Shown in pieces: positions 42,783-52,722 of a stretch of 64,000 nt of DNA; the stretch's first letter is position 1, and every line of letters starts with the position of its first letter. The stretch is from Nostocaceae cyanobacterium (lineage in GTDB: Bacteria; Cyanobacteriota; Cyanobacteriia; Cyanobacteriales; Nostocaceae), in the NCBI GenBank assembly GCA_030065825.1, contig JASJCY010000029.1, positions 2,548 through 66,547 on the forward strand, given 5' to 3'. Both the position numbers and the translations under genes were made by a program. Under the pieces are notes generated by a model. That model had not been told where the DNA came from. It saw only the letters and a program-made list of their open reading frames with translations, and made no database searches.

Positions 42783-44327
42783 ATGATGAAAGTAACTGAA
42801 AAAATCCTCTCCCAACTACCAGGTGATGTTTTGGGGGGGTTACGTCGTGGCGATCGCGTGTTGACAGGATTGCGGGAAGGTAGTACTGCAGTACCAGTGG
42901 CAGTTACAGAAAGTTCAGAATCTTTGGATACCCTGGATTGGGATGTTGTCATTTGCGGGGGTACTTTAGGGATTGTAATTGGTTGTGCTTTAGCTGTGAG
43001 GGGATTGCGGGTAGCTATACTTGAAAGGGGAGTTTTGCAGGGAAGGGAACAAGAATGGAATGTCTCTCGCAAAGAGTTAGAGGTGTTATTGGAATTGAAT
43101 TTGCTGAGGGAGGAGGAATTAGAACAAGCTATTGTTACAGAATACAATCCAGCAAGAGTTAGTTTTGCGACTGGTTCAGAGGTTTGGGTACGGGATATAC
43201 TGAATATAGGGATAGATCCAGTTTATCTGTTGGAAACCCTCAAACAACGATTTTTGGCTAGTGGGGGTAAGTTATTTGAGAATACCCCCTTTCAGGAAGC
43301 GGTAGTACATACAGATGGAGTACGAGTAAACCAGGAATTTAGCACCAGGTTGTTGTTAGATGTGATGGGACATTTTTCTCCCATGGCTAAACAAGTGCGT
43401 CAGGGGAAAAAACCGGATGCATTGTGTGTGGTTGTGGGAACTTGTGCAGAAGGTTTTCCGGAAAACCCAACTGGGGACTTGTTGTTATCATTCACACCCT
43501 TAGAAAACCAGTGTCAATACTTCTGGGAAGCTTTCCCAGCCAAAGATGGGAGAACAACTTACTTGTTTACCTACATGGATGCACATCCACAAGCCATGGG
43601 ATTAGAAGCAATGTTTGAGGAGTATTTCCGCTTGCTACCAGAATATCAAGGGGTGACATTAGACCAGCTTACCTTTAAACGGGCACTGTTTGGCTTTTTT
43701 CCTTCCTATCGTCAAAGTCCCCTGAAAACCCCTTGGAATCGCATTCTACCAGTGGGAGATGCTAGCGGTAGTCAATCTCCTTTAAGTTTTGGTGGTTTTG
43801 GTGCAATGTTACGTCATTTAAAACGTTTAACATTGGGGATTGAAGAAGCATTACAAACGGAACAATTATCAGCAAAAGCCCTATCACTCCTACAACCATA
43901 TCAACCTAGTTTAAGCGTAACTTGGTTATTTCAAAAAGCAATGAGTGTTGGTATCAATCAAAAAATTGCTCCGCATCAAATCAATCAGTTGCTATCAGCA
44001 GTGTTTCAGGAAATGCAAGGCTTAGGTGAAGGGGTACTCAAGCCATTTTTACAAGATGTGGTGCAATTTAGCGGATTAACAAAAAGTCTTTTAAAAACTA
44101 ATTTATCTCATCCCGGAGTAGTTATCAAAGTAATTCCCCAAGTGGGTTTTATGAGTCTATTAGATTGGATGGTGCATTATGTCAATTTAGGTGTTTATTC
44201 TATCCTCTTTTCTCTGAGTCCTATGTTAGAAAATTGGATAAAAACATTACCTAGTTCTTCCCAATATTATTGGCATCGCCGTATTGATGCTTGGAAGTAT
44301 GGTTCAGGTGCAGATTACTCAGATTAA
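42783..44327 (+). CDS. FAD-dependent oxidoreductase (lycopene-cyclase/CruP-like family, tentative)
   Basis: Rossmann dinucleotide motif VVICGGTLGIVIGCALAVRGLRVAILERG, then GREQEWNVSRKEL and later a PVGDASG motif. Confidence 0.6.
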   Translation: MMKVTEKILSQLPGDVLGGLRRGDRVLTGLREGSTAVPVAVTESSESLDTLDWDVVICGGTLGIVIGCALAVRGLRVAILERGVLQGREQEWNVSRKELEVLLELNLLREEELEQAIVTEYNPARVSFATGSEVWVRDILNIGIDPVYLLETLKQRFLASGGKLFENTPFQEAVVHTDGVRVNQEFSTRLLLDVMGHFSPMAKQVRQGKKPDALCVVVGTCAEGFPENPTGDLLLSFTPLENQCQYFWEAFPAKDGRTTYLFTYMDAHPQAMGLEAMFEEYFRLLPEYQGVTLDQLTFKRALFGFFPSYRQSPLKTPWNRILPVGDASGSQSPLSFGGFGAMLRHLKRLTLGIEEALQTEQLSAKALSLLQPYQPSLSVTWLFQKAMSVGINQKIAPHQINQLLSAVFQEMQGLGEGVLKPFLQDVVQFSGLTKSLLKTNLSHPGVVIKVIPQVGFMSLLDWMVHYVNLGVYSILFSLSPMLENWIKTLPSSSQYYWHRRIDAWKYGSGADYSD

Positions 44328-44366
44328 CGATGTTTTAAAACCTCTATTAATAGGTGTGAGAAAAAC

Positions 44367-45074
44367 ATGATTGAGAAACCATCCTCAGAGATAAAATACT
44401 TTGCCGTGCTGATTAGTTTACTACGTGATCGGCAAATATTTCTAGAGGAAATTCGCCAGGAAATCAGATTACCAATTAAAATCATTTCCTTATTAGTGTG
44501 TAGTTCCTTATTTCTGGCTATTTATGGAGGTATAATTGGTGCTTTTCATAGCTGGATGCAAGCTTTTTCTTCCGCAGTTAAACTACCAGCACTATATTTA
44601 ATTACCCTCTTGATTTGTCTACCGACATTGTACTTTGCTAATATCATTTTTGGTTCCAAACGAACATTTCCTCAACATTTTGCTTTAGTACTAACAGCAC
44701 TTGCAATCACCAGTGTGTTGTTATTTAGTTTTGCACCCATCACGCTGTTCTTTATGCTGAGTACCAACAATTATCAGTTCTTAATTTTGTTGAATGTCAT
44801 CATTTTTTCTGCAACTGGTTTTGTAGGAGTTTCAGCCTTATATAAAGCCACAACCATAGTTTTAGAACAGGATGGTGAAGGCATAGATAACCGGAGAAAA
44901 CTTATCCGTTCTTGGTTATTTCTTTATGCTTTTGTAGGTAGCCAATTAGGATGGACACTCAGACCTTTTTTTGGTACACCAAACTCCCCATTTCAACTAT
45001 TTCGAGAAAAGGAAGGCAACTTTTATATGAGTATTATTCAAGCTTTAGGTTACCTATTTGGAATTAGAAACTAG
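44367..45074 (+). CDS. Conserved multi-pass membrane protein (paralog 1 of a tandem pair)
   Basis: 235 aa with about 5 TM segments. It shares LLRDRQ.FLEEIRQEIRL...FGSK...RSWLFLYAFVG.QLGW.LRPFFG...F.LFRE..GNFY with the next gene. Confidence 0.7.
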   Translation: MIEKPSSEIKYFAVLISLLRDRQIFLEEIRQEIRLPIKIISLLVCSSLFLAIYGGIIGAFHSWMQAFSSAVKLPALYLITLLICLPTLYFANIIFGSKRTFPQHFALVLTALAITSVLLFSFAPITLFFMLSTNNYQFLILLNVIIFSATGFVGVSALYKATTIVLEQDGEGIDNRRKLIRSWLFLYAFVGSQLGWTLRPFFGTPNSPFQLFREKEGNFYMSIIQALGYLFGIRN

Positions 45075-45275
45075 TAGGGGCGCAATGCTTGCGCCCAATA
45101 GTTATCAATTAGGAATTAGTAGGGGTACAATGCTTGCGCCCAATAGTTATCAATTAGGAATTAGGAATGATGAATTAAGAATTAGTAGGGCTACAATCTT
45201 TGCGCCCAATAGTTATCAATTAGGAATTAGTTATCAATTAGGAATTAGGAATGAATTAGGAATTAGGAGTTAGAA
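45075..45275. repeat. ~52-bp tandem repeat x3 carrying GTAGGGGCGCAATGCTTGCGCCC palindromes plus AATTAGG heptamers
   Basis: Seen directly. The ORF at 45058-45273 is a repeat artefact. Confidence 0.9.
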
Positions 45276-45365
45276 ATTAACTTTTTTCATGTTTGTAAGT
45301 CTAGGTAAAATTCAAATAGTTTGTCAATTCATTTACAATTCTCACAAATATAAATTTAAATCCCT

Positions 45366-46079
45366 ATGTTAGAAAAAAAATCAAAATCCCAAGGTATTCA
45401 ACATTTTGGTGTTCTCCTCAATTTACTACGCGATCGCCAAGGTTTTCTAGAAGAAATTCGCCAAGAAATACGATTACAAAATAAAACCACTTCTCTCTTA
45501 GTTTCCAGTTCCATATTCTTTGCTATTTATGGGGCAATTATTGGTGCATCTAATAGTTTACCCCAGGCATTATCTAGTGCAATAAAAATGCCTGCATTCT
45601 ACCTCTTAACCCTGATAATTTGTTTCCCAACCTTGTTCTTTTTTAATGTCTTATTTGGTTCCAAAAGTACTGTTCAACAACATTTTGTAGTTCTACTCAC
45701 AGCAGTATCGGTAATTAGCGTTTTACTATTTAGCTTTGCACCAGTAGCACTCTTCTTTTTAATCACTACCCCCGATTCCTATCAATTTTTCAAGATTTTA
45801 AATGTCTTGATTTTCGGAATCACAGGTTCTTTTGGAGTGAAGTTTTTATATGATGGAATGCAGTTACTATCACAACAAGATGAAGTCGGTAAAGGTACTC
45901 GCACCACAATTTTAAGATCCTGGTTATTTCTATATGCTTTTGTAGGTATGCAATTGGGATGGTTTCTCAGACCATTTTTTGGCGCACCAGATAACAAATT
46001 TGAATTATTTCGAGAAGTTCAGGGAAACTTTTATCTTGATATCGTATCAGCAATTTCAGAAATTCTAGGTTTTCGTTAA
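45366..46079 (+). CDS. Conserved multi-pass membrane protein (paralog 2 of the tandem pair)
   Basis: 237 aa, colinear with the 44367-45074 product. Confidence 0.7.
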   Translation: MLEKKSKSQGIQHFGVLLNLLRDRQGFLEEIRQEIRLQNKTTSLLVSSSIFFAIYGAIIGASNSLPQALSSAIKMPAFYLLTLIICFPTLFFFNVLFGSKSTVQQHFVVLLTAVSVISVLLFSFAPVALFFLITTPDSYQFFKILNVLIFGITGSFGVKFLYDGMQLLSQQDEVGKGTRTTILRSWLFLYAFVGMQLGWFLRPFFGAPDNKFELFREVQGNFYLDIVSAISEILGFR

Positions 46080-47150
46080 TTGAATGGAAAAATAAAGAAC
46101 TAATAATCAATTAATTAATTTGTAGGGTGTGTTATGCCATAAGCTAACGCACCTTGAATTATAATTTTAGTTATATAAATGTGCATCACCATAACACACC
46201 GGAATGCACCTCCCTAAAAACGGGGTTTATTGGGAATATTGACGGTTTCGACCTGCTTACCCTCGAATCGTGCAAGATATGACCTAAATAACCCACCCTA
46301 CTTTTGGTTAATTGAATGGAAAAATAAAGAACTAATAATCAATTAATTAATTTGTAGGGTGTGTTATGCCATAGGTTAACGCACCTTGAATTATAATTTT
46401 AGTTATATAAATGTGCATCACCATAACACACCGGAATGCACCTCCCTGAAAACGGGGTTGATTGGGAATATTGACTGTTTCGACCTGCTTACCCTGGAAT
46501 CGTGCAAGATATGACCTAAATAACCCACCCTACTTTTGGTTAATTGAATGGAAAAATAAAGAACTAATAATCAATTAATTAATTTGTAGGGTGTGTTATG
46601 CCATAAGCTAACGCACCTTGAATTATAATTCTAGTTATATAAATGTGCATCATCCTAACACACCGGAATGCACCTCCCTCAGAGACCGGGTTTATTGGGA
46701 ATATAGACCTGTCAAAACCCTAATTTTTCCTTCATAAACCCGGTTTCTAACCCAGGTGCAAGATGTGTGTTACGCTAAAGTGATAACATACCCTAGTTTT
46801 ATAACTATAGCTATATCGATACCTATGACTAAGTTTTCGTCAATAGAATGGGAAAATAAAAAATTAATAATCAATTAATGAATTTATAGTAGGGTGTGTT
46901 ATAAAGTAGGCTAACGCACCTTGAATTTTCATTATATAAATGTGCGTTACCTCATATCTTGCACCATTCTCAACAAAATCAAAAAAACCGGGTTTCTAAA
47001 CGAAAAATTAAGGTTTTGAGACTGAGAGATTTGCAAGAAACCCGGTTTTTAGTCCAGGTGCAAGATGTGCGTTACGCTAAAGCGATAACGCATCCTACTT
47101 TTCTAGTTTTCTAGGTTTTGGTTAATTAAATGGAAAAACAAATAATTAAT
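46076..47150. repeat. 232-bp tandem repeat (3 near-identical units at 46076, 46308 and 46540, plus 2 degenerate units), each unit embedding MITE-like sequence
   Basis: The TTAATTGAATGG register has a period of exactly 232. Unit 1 starts inside the last codons of the upstream gene. The units contain GTAGGGTGTGTTA...TAACGCACC and ...CGTGCAAGATATGAC. Confidence 0.92.
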
Positions 47151-47236
47151 CATGCATAAATTTATAATGCTGTATTGCTATCTGTTTATATCCAAATTCG
47201 ACCAGGGGACAGTACCACTTTACATCTACCACAGAG

Positions 47237-49357
47237 TTAATTAGCAACGTCAAAATTCTTATACTCTCTAATGTACTTAAATGGAAAAGGGATTACGGTA
47301 CTTTGTCCGGTGCGGACAAAATCAACATCCATAGTTGGAAGAAGTTGTCTAAAAATTAGCTTTGATCCTTTCACCGCAGCAATTCTACGGACATGACATG
47401 CATCCTTGAAAGAAAATTGTACATTTTCTCTTCTTCCTCCAACAAAGTAATAAGCTTCTTCTTCAGTTTCGCTGAAATATTTTATGTTGAGAGAAGCATC
47501 GAATAAATCTTCAAGGGTTTCTTTCTGTTTTGGAAAACTCAGTCTAATTTGATGTTGATTAACAAGATATTCTCTAAATTCTCTTGCTACTTTTGTAGTT
47601 TTTCCCAGTTTATTATTTAAAAGTATTCGGAATCTCTCTTTGTCTAATTCACTGTTCCCTAATCTTTGCAATTCATCAAATAAAGCTACAAGTTTATCAC
47701 TATCTTCCTGAAAATAATCAGTCATGAATTCTTTGATTAAGTTTGCCAAATCACTTCCAGTTTGTTTGTTTTGGGGAAGATCCATTTTGACTTCCTTAAT
47801 AATATCTTCAATTTTATCAAGGTTAGGAATAGTGACTTCATCGGTACGAAATATCCGATTTATATCACCTGTATTTGACTCAACTAGTCCTTCCAAATTT
47901 TTAAGTTTCTTGCCAGATTTATCATCTATCATTAAGTCTATATATTTTTGAAATTCTTGATAGTTAAATAAATTTTGCTCATGTATCTGATGACATTCAA
48001 AACTACCATCAGGTTGAATTTCCATAAAAACAACATGTTCTGCATCTTCATCCCAAGCAGCAAAAGTCCACATTCCTTTTAATTGAAGGTTATTCCAATC
48101 AAAAAGGTTAAATTTGCCATGACTAATATCACGTTTTATCAATAATTCCTTAAGGATTGTTTTTAGGACAGCGTCGGATGTCGTTTCGATAGATTCAATT
48201 GTAATATGCTGTCGATAAGTTTTCTTTGTTGAAGGACGATACTCATCATCTAGCTTCATCCTCTCATAATAATCAGCATCGTGAATAATTCTCAAGTTCA
48301 AAGCACCATCTTTATCACGTTTTCTACAAGTAATATTTTTTTTCTCTGTCACATATTGAGGATGGAGAAATGTTTTGATTTGAGTGACCAAATCACGAGA
48401 TTCTTCATTGTTTACTGTATCTACTATATTAATTAGCTCTCCATCTAGTAGTGAACGAAGTTTTTCTGGTTTTTGAAGTAAAGTGTTATTGAGTTCGATA
48501 GTATCTTCAATTTCAAGGGTGGATAACTTAACATCCATGTACTTTGATAAATCTGCTTGAATTGTCGATATAAGTTTATGTAAAATACCTGCACGACTTT
48601 TCTCAAAATTATCAGTACTGCTAAAATCAAGAAATTGCTTAGATGCTTTTTTACCTTTTAAACCGCATTTAATATATCTTGAGTTTAACTCAACTTCCCC
48701 ATCACGCTGTAAAAAATATCTCCGCAAGCTTCCAGTTGAAGCTTCAAATATATACTTAGGCTTTTCAAGAGCATTTTGGAGTTGTTGCTTACGTTTGGAA
48801 TCACTAGTCTTTTTGAGTTCTGAACGAATCGAAATTTCCGTTCGGTAACGAACAGTTTCTACTTTGAGGAAGTATTCAGATGTTAAAGTTATTTTCGCAA
48901 TATCAAGATAGGCTTTATTTTTACCTTCAAAATCTGGGACAAGTAACAATGAACCAGTTAAATTAGAGTAATTAAACTTAGCAAAACGTGATTTGGAGGA
49001 AGATAGTGAATTCAATAAAATCTGACCTAACCATGCTTCACAAATGCACTCTTCAGACTTGTCGCATATAGCTTTCGGAACAACTTCAATAACAGCATTG
49101 TCATCGAATTCTTTGTTATTTCTAATGTTGTGAAGAAGTTGATAAACATCAATTGGTTTGTTGAACATAGCATAGGCATATTTCTCATCCTGAGACATGA
49201 CAGCAGCAGCATTGAAATCTTGACCAATAAGATAATCTAATTCTGCTGCTCCATACCAGTTTTTGTTGCTATCACGAGTCAAACGAATAAAAGCAAAGTC
49301 TTCTTTAATAGCGTCAATATTAAAATTGATTTCCAGACGGTTTGTAAAAATGGTCAT
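47237..49357 (-). CDS. 706-aa protein of unknown function, Argonaute-sized; candidate DdmE/pAgo-like or pPIWI-RE-like partner of the upstream helicase-nuclease
   Basis: A long clean ORF in very AT-rich DNA. Its ATG overlaps the helicase stop (ATGA at 49354-49357). I recognise no catalytic motif. The functional call rests on size, gene order and a C-terminal ...TVIPFPFKYIREY segment. Confidence 0.55.
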   Translation of the reverse strand: MTIFTNRLEINFNIDAIKEDFAFIRLTRDSNKNWYGAAELDYLIGQDFNAAAVMSQDEKYAYAMFNKPIDVYQLLHNIRNNKEFDDNAVIEVVPKAICDKSEECICEAWLGQILLNSLSSSKSRFAKFNYSNLTGSLLLVPDFEGKNKAYLDIAKITLTSEYFLKVETVRYRTEISIRSELKKTSDSKRKQQLQNALEKPKYIFEASTGSLRRYFLQRDGEVELNSRYIKCGLKGKKASKQFLDFSSTDNFEKSRAGILHKLISTIQADLSKYMDVKLSTLEIEDTIELNNTLLQKPEKLRSLLDGELINIVDTVNNEESRDLVTQIKTFLHPQYVTEKKNITCRKRDKDGALNLRIIHDADYYERMKLDDEYRPSTKKTYRQHITIESIETTSDAVLKTILKELLIKRDISHGKFNLFDWNNLQLKGMWTFAAWDEDAEHVVFMEIQPDGSFECHQIHEQNLFNYQEFQKYIDLMIDDKSGKKLKNLEGLVESNTGDINRIFRTDEVTIPNLDKIEDIIKEVKMDLPQNKQTGSDLANLIKEFMTDYFQEDSDKLVALFDELQRLGNSELDKERFRILLNNKLGKTTKVAREFREYLVNQHQIRLSFPKQKETLEDLFDASLNIKYFSETEEEAYYFVGGRRENVQFSFKDACHVRRIAAVKGSKLIFRQLLPTMDVDFVRTGQSTVIPFPFKYIREYKNFDVAN

Positions 49358-52300
49358 TTGTGAAATTCCTTCAAAATAAATGTAAGTGCTTCATCGTCAA
49401 CTTTATCATTTTTACACAGATAAGGTACTTCAATGATTTTCCTGTCAGATGAGATATATGGACGAAAAATTGTATTTGAACTACCAAGAATATTGATGAT
49501 AAAAACTCTCTCTGCTTTAACATCAGTTATTTTTTCACGGATTTTTTGAATTTCTTTATTAGCGGGTACTTTAACCTGATCATTCCAAAATTTGAAATCT
49601 ACATAAATGTTCTCATCCGTTTTAAAGTCAAAGCATTCAAATTCGTCTACCCCTAGTTCTAGCAGCTTAATCTTTAAGTACTTTTCCAGAATATGTTTTC
49701 CACAAACTTCACCTAATACTCCTTTATAAATATTATTGAAAATTGGGGGTGTTAACATAAGTTCTGATTCAGGAAATGTTGTTGCCCAGCCAGAATCAAG
49801 GAACAATTTATGTAAGATATCAATTCTCATCAAATCTGTAAGACGAGCGCTTCGTTCACTCACTTCTTTGACTTGTTTTTTACCATATTCTTCAGAGAAG
49901 AAAACTTCAATTTCTCTATAGTCATTTGTCTCTGAATAAAGATATGAACAGCCTGGTTTTGGCAATTTGAGATAAATATTATTCCAGTTTGGATTGCATT
50001 CTGTTTCTTTTGCAATCACAGGTTGACGGAGAACTTGTTTTCTCAGTCCTTGCCATTCTTTAACACTCTGAGGAGTCCATGGTGTATTCAATTGACGACG
50101 TATGTAAGCAGAAATGTGATTACTTCTTCTGGATGCACAATTTTGTAGTTCTCTTAAATCGTCGGATTCGTTTGTTGATTTTTCAACTGATTCAAGAAGA
50201 GCAGTATATTCACGAACAGGAATTACATCCTCTGGCAAAGAAAATCCAGCTAAGTGTTTTCGGATTGAAGCATCAGCAAGAATATGAATTGTTGGAGATT
50301 TCATATTAGTTCGGCATATGCGACCTATTGCCTGAATGATTACTTTATTCAAGTAGCGTGAATAAGCATTGGTATTATATAAACTGCTAAAATCCTTATT
50401 TTTATTAGTGTTTCTTCCTACATAACGCTGACAACAATTCTCTAACTTACTTTTAAAGTTACTTCGTGAAATCGCTCCATTTTCAACTAAAAATTCTAAT
50501 TGAAAAAGGTATTTGATAAAATTTTCATCATCAATGGTATCACTGTAAATATTAACAAGTAAATTTGTTGGTTTATCCAGATAAATTCCGTTTATATCCA
50601 TATTTTGATGCTTTGGTAAGCCATTAATATGTATTCGTTCTATAGAAGATGGAATAGGGAATTGTAGATTTTGCCCAACTCCAGTTGTTTGATATGAAGA
50701 GATAATAAATCGACGTTGATTATCTTTCAAGTCATTGAGCAATTGTTTTTTATTTGCCTCAAATTCATCTCCACTAAGCACAACAATCATATCAATATCT
50801 TTCTTATCATTTAATAGTAATTCAGCGTACTTATATAATATATCTAAATCGAACTCTGAATCTCCAGACTTTGGTAATTTGTTAAACAGGCAAAGAAACC
50901 CATGACAATCAGGATGGTCGAGAAAATATTTCCATACAGTTAGCAGTCTTACATAACGACAAAACAAAAATTTAATATAGTTTTTATTATCGTCTTTGAT
51001 TCTATATTGAAGAGTGTTCCATAGGGAATTAGCTGCTGCTTTGTCATTAAAAACTTCCTCAAGTTGTTTGATTGCTTCCTCCTGTAAATCCGTTCCAATA
51101 AATTCAGTTTTGATATCGACTTGACTATACCCTTGAGTTCTTTGAGAATATTCATCCTTGAGATGAACAAGAGCATCATCTTTAATCCGTATAAATGAAT
51201 CTCCCAAACGGGATTTCAAATATTCAATATCATAATTTCCAATGTTTGTATTAAGTCCAGCAGTCGCAGAAATTCCCACAACCATAGCTTTTGAACAGAC
51301 TCCAATCAAAAAAGATTCGGGTGTACGGTTGAACTTAAACATATATATCTTCGACAAGGTATCATGCTCATCACTATCGACGATATCGTAGTAACTAAAG
51401 CCTGTATCATAAAACCCCTGACGTTGGATTGTTAATCTGTCTGTTTGCAGTCCATAAGGTAAATCACCTTCAAGAATGTTATTGGTCAAAAATTCAATAT
51501 CTTTACTATCAAGACGAAAATGATTAAGAACTGTCTTTACAGCAGATTCGAGGGGAAAAATTTCTTCAACACTGTCATCTTCGTCTTTCAAATGGCAATA
51601 GTTCTCGGCTAAATACCCAATTCCTATCTGAAAGTAGGTCAAAAATCCGGCAATATCCCTTAGCAATGAGTAAAGGTTGACACCAGTTTTTTCTATTTTA
51701 GTATCAACAGGTTTAATCCAATTTATACATTTTTTTAAATCTTCAATAATATTGATTTGCTGATGACGGTCTAATACATTATGGAATTCATAATCATAGA
51801 ATAAAAAGTTTCTTTTATTTGTCGAAAAGTCTTCATGTGATTTACATGTATGCTGTAATCTATATGTGTTAAATATGTAATCAGCTTTATCTCGGAAGGA
51901 TTTAATCTGTTCTTGTAGGGTTAGCCAGTTCTTTCCTAAAGATTTTTGCTTTCGCCATTTGGATTCTTTCAATAGTGCTTCAGGACATTCATTTTGCATC
52001 AAATGGTTATGAATGTTCAAGAATAAATCAAGAATATCCACCCGATGCCGTAACCCTGATTTAATGATATTATTGAGGACAGCTTCTTTGGTAGTGTCAA
52101 ACTCATCAATAAAAATAAGTGATTTATTAATTAACCGTTCATAAAAGTAATACGATGGTTCAACAAGTGTGGTATTTTTAGCCACGAACTTATCTATACT
52201 CAGAAACAAAACGGTTTTCTCATCTGTAAATACTGCGGGATAGAGTTTTCCAATCCATTGATACTCTTGATTAGTCTTTATGGCTGACAGACGGTCTTTT

Positions 52301-52722
52301 TTCGTTTGAAAATTTTCGTCTAATACTTTTTTGATAGATTTTCGGAATGTTGGTTCAAGATTTTCCCGAATTTCCGTTTCAATCTTATCTCTCAATGTTT
52401 TTGGAATTTGACTATTTTCGACAATTTCTATATAAGATTTTAATTGGGAATAAACTTCTGTCTGAAAATATTCTGGAATTTCATCATCTACTGCCAGTAA
52501 TTGCTTAACAACATTCTCATAATTAGAATTAATAAAAAGTACATGTTTTTCAAAAGCATCTTCATTACCATCAGCAATAAAGTGGTTCCTTAACTCATCA
52601 ATCGGCAAATTTTTCTTGAGATTGGTCAGAACAATAATCTTTCTTTTTTGAGCAGCAAATTCCCGGTAATTAGAATAGATAAATTTGATGACATTATATG
52701 TTTTTCCAAAACCAGTAGGCAT
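49354..52722 (-). CDS. SF2 helicase (DinG/XPD-like motif layout, no Fe-S cysteines) fused to a C-terminal PD-(D/E)xK-like nuclease motif; candidate DdmD-like defence helicase-nuclease
   Basis: Motif I is PTGFGKT at residues 2-8. Motif II is IDEFD at 205-209. Further motifs are GISATAG (III), TTGVGQNLQ (V-like) and QAIGRICR (VI). The C-terminal segment GEVCGKH...FDFK...IYVDFKFW covers residues ~1001-1046. The annotated Met sits directly on the P-loop (see findings). Confidence 0.7.
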   Translation of the reverse strand: MPTGFGKTYNVIKFIYSNYREFAAQKRKIIVLTNLKKNLPIDELRNHFIADGNEDAFEKHVLFINSNYENVVKQLLAVDDEIPEYFQTEVYSQLKSYIEIVENSQIPKTLRDKIETEIRENLEPTFRKSIKKVLDENFQTKKDRLSAIKTNQEYQWIGKLYPAVFTDEKTVLFLSIDKFVAKNTTLVEPSYYFYERLINKSLIFIDEFDTTKEAVLNNIIKSGLRHRVDILDLFLNIHNHLMQNECPEALLKESKWRKQKSLGKNWLTLQEQIKSFRDKADYIFNTYRLQHTCKSHEDFSTNKRNFLFYDYEFHNVLDRHQQINIIEDLKKCINWIKPVDTKIEKTGVNLYSLLRDIAGFLTYFQIGIGYLAENYCHLKDEDDSVEEIFPLESAVKTVLNHFRLDSKDIEFLTNNILEGDLPYGLQTDRLTIQRQGFYDTGFSYYDIVDSDEHDTLSKIYMFKFNRTPESFLIGVCSKAMVVGISATAGLNTNIGNYDIEYLKSRLGDSFIRIKDDALVHLKDEYSQRTQGYSQVDIKTEFIGTDLQEEAIKQLEEVFNDKAAANSLWNTLQYRIKDDNKNYIKFLFCRYVRLLTVWKYFLDHPDCHGFLCLFNKLPKSGDSEFDLDILYKYAELLLNDKKDIDMIVVLSGDEFEANKKQLLNDLKDNQRRFIISSYQTTGVGQNLQFPIPSSIERIHINGLPKHQNMDINGIYLDKPTNLLVNIYSDTIDDENFIKYLFQLEFLVENGAISRSNFKSKLENCCQRYVGRNTNKNKDFSSLYNTNAYSRYLNKVIIQAIGRICRTNMKSPTIHILADASIRKHLAGFSLPEDVIPVREYTALLESVEKSTNESDDLRELQNCASRRSNHISAYIRRQLNTPWTPQSVKEWQGLRKQVLRQPVIAKETECNPNWNNIYLKLPKPGCSYLYSETNDYREIEVFFSEEYGKKQVKEVSERSARLTDLMRIDILHKLFLDSGWATTFPESELMLTPPIFNNIYKGVLGEVCGKHILEKYLKIKLLELGVDEFECFDFKTDENIYVDFKFWNDQVKVPANKEIQKIREKITDVKAERVFIINILGSSNTIFRPYISSDRKIIEVPYLCKNDKVDDEALTFILKEFHK

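Noticed and set aside
42611-43147. 178-aa minus-strand ORF
   Set aside because: It is antisense to the 5' part of the FAD-oxidoreductase gene and runs into a heptamer tract. It has a low-complexity Ser/Pro-rich translation.
46076-47150. Possible CRISPR array or coding repeat
   Set aside because: The period is 232 bp and whole units are duplicated with no spacer-like unique segments. The units are built from MITE-like pieces.
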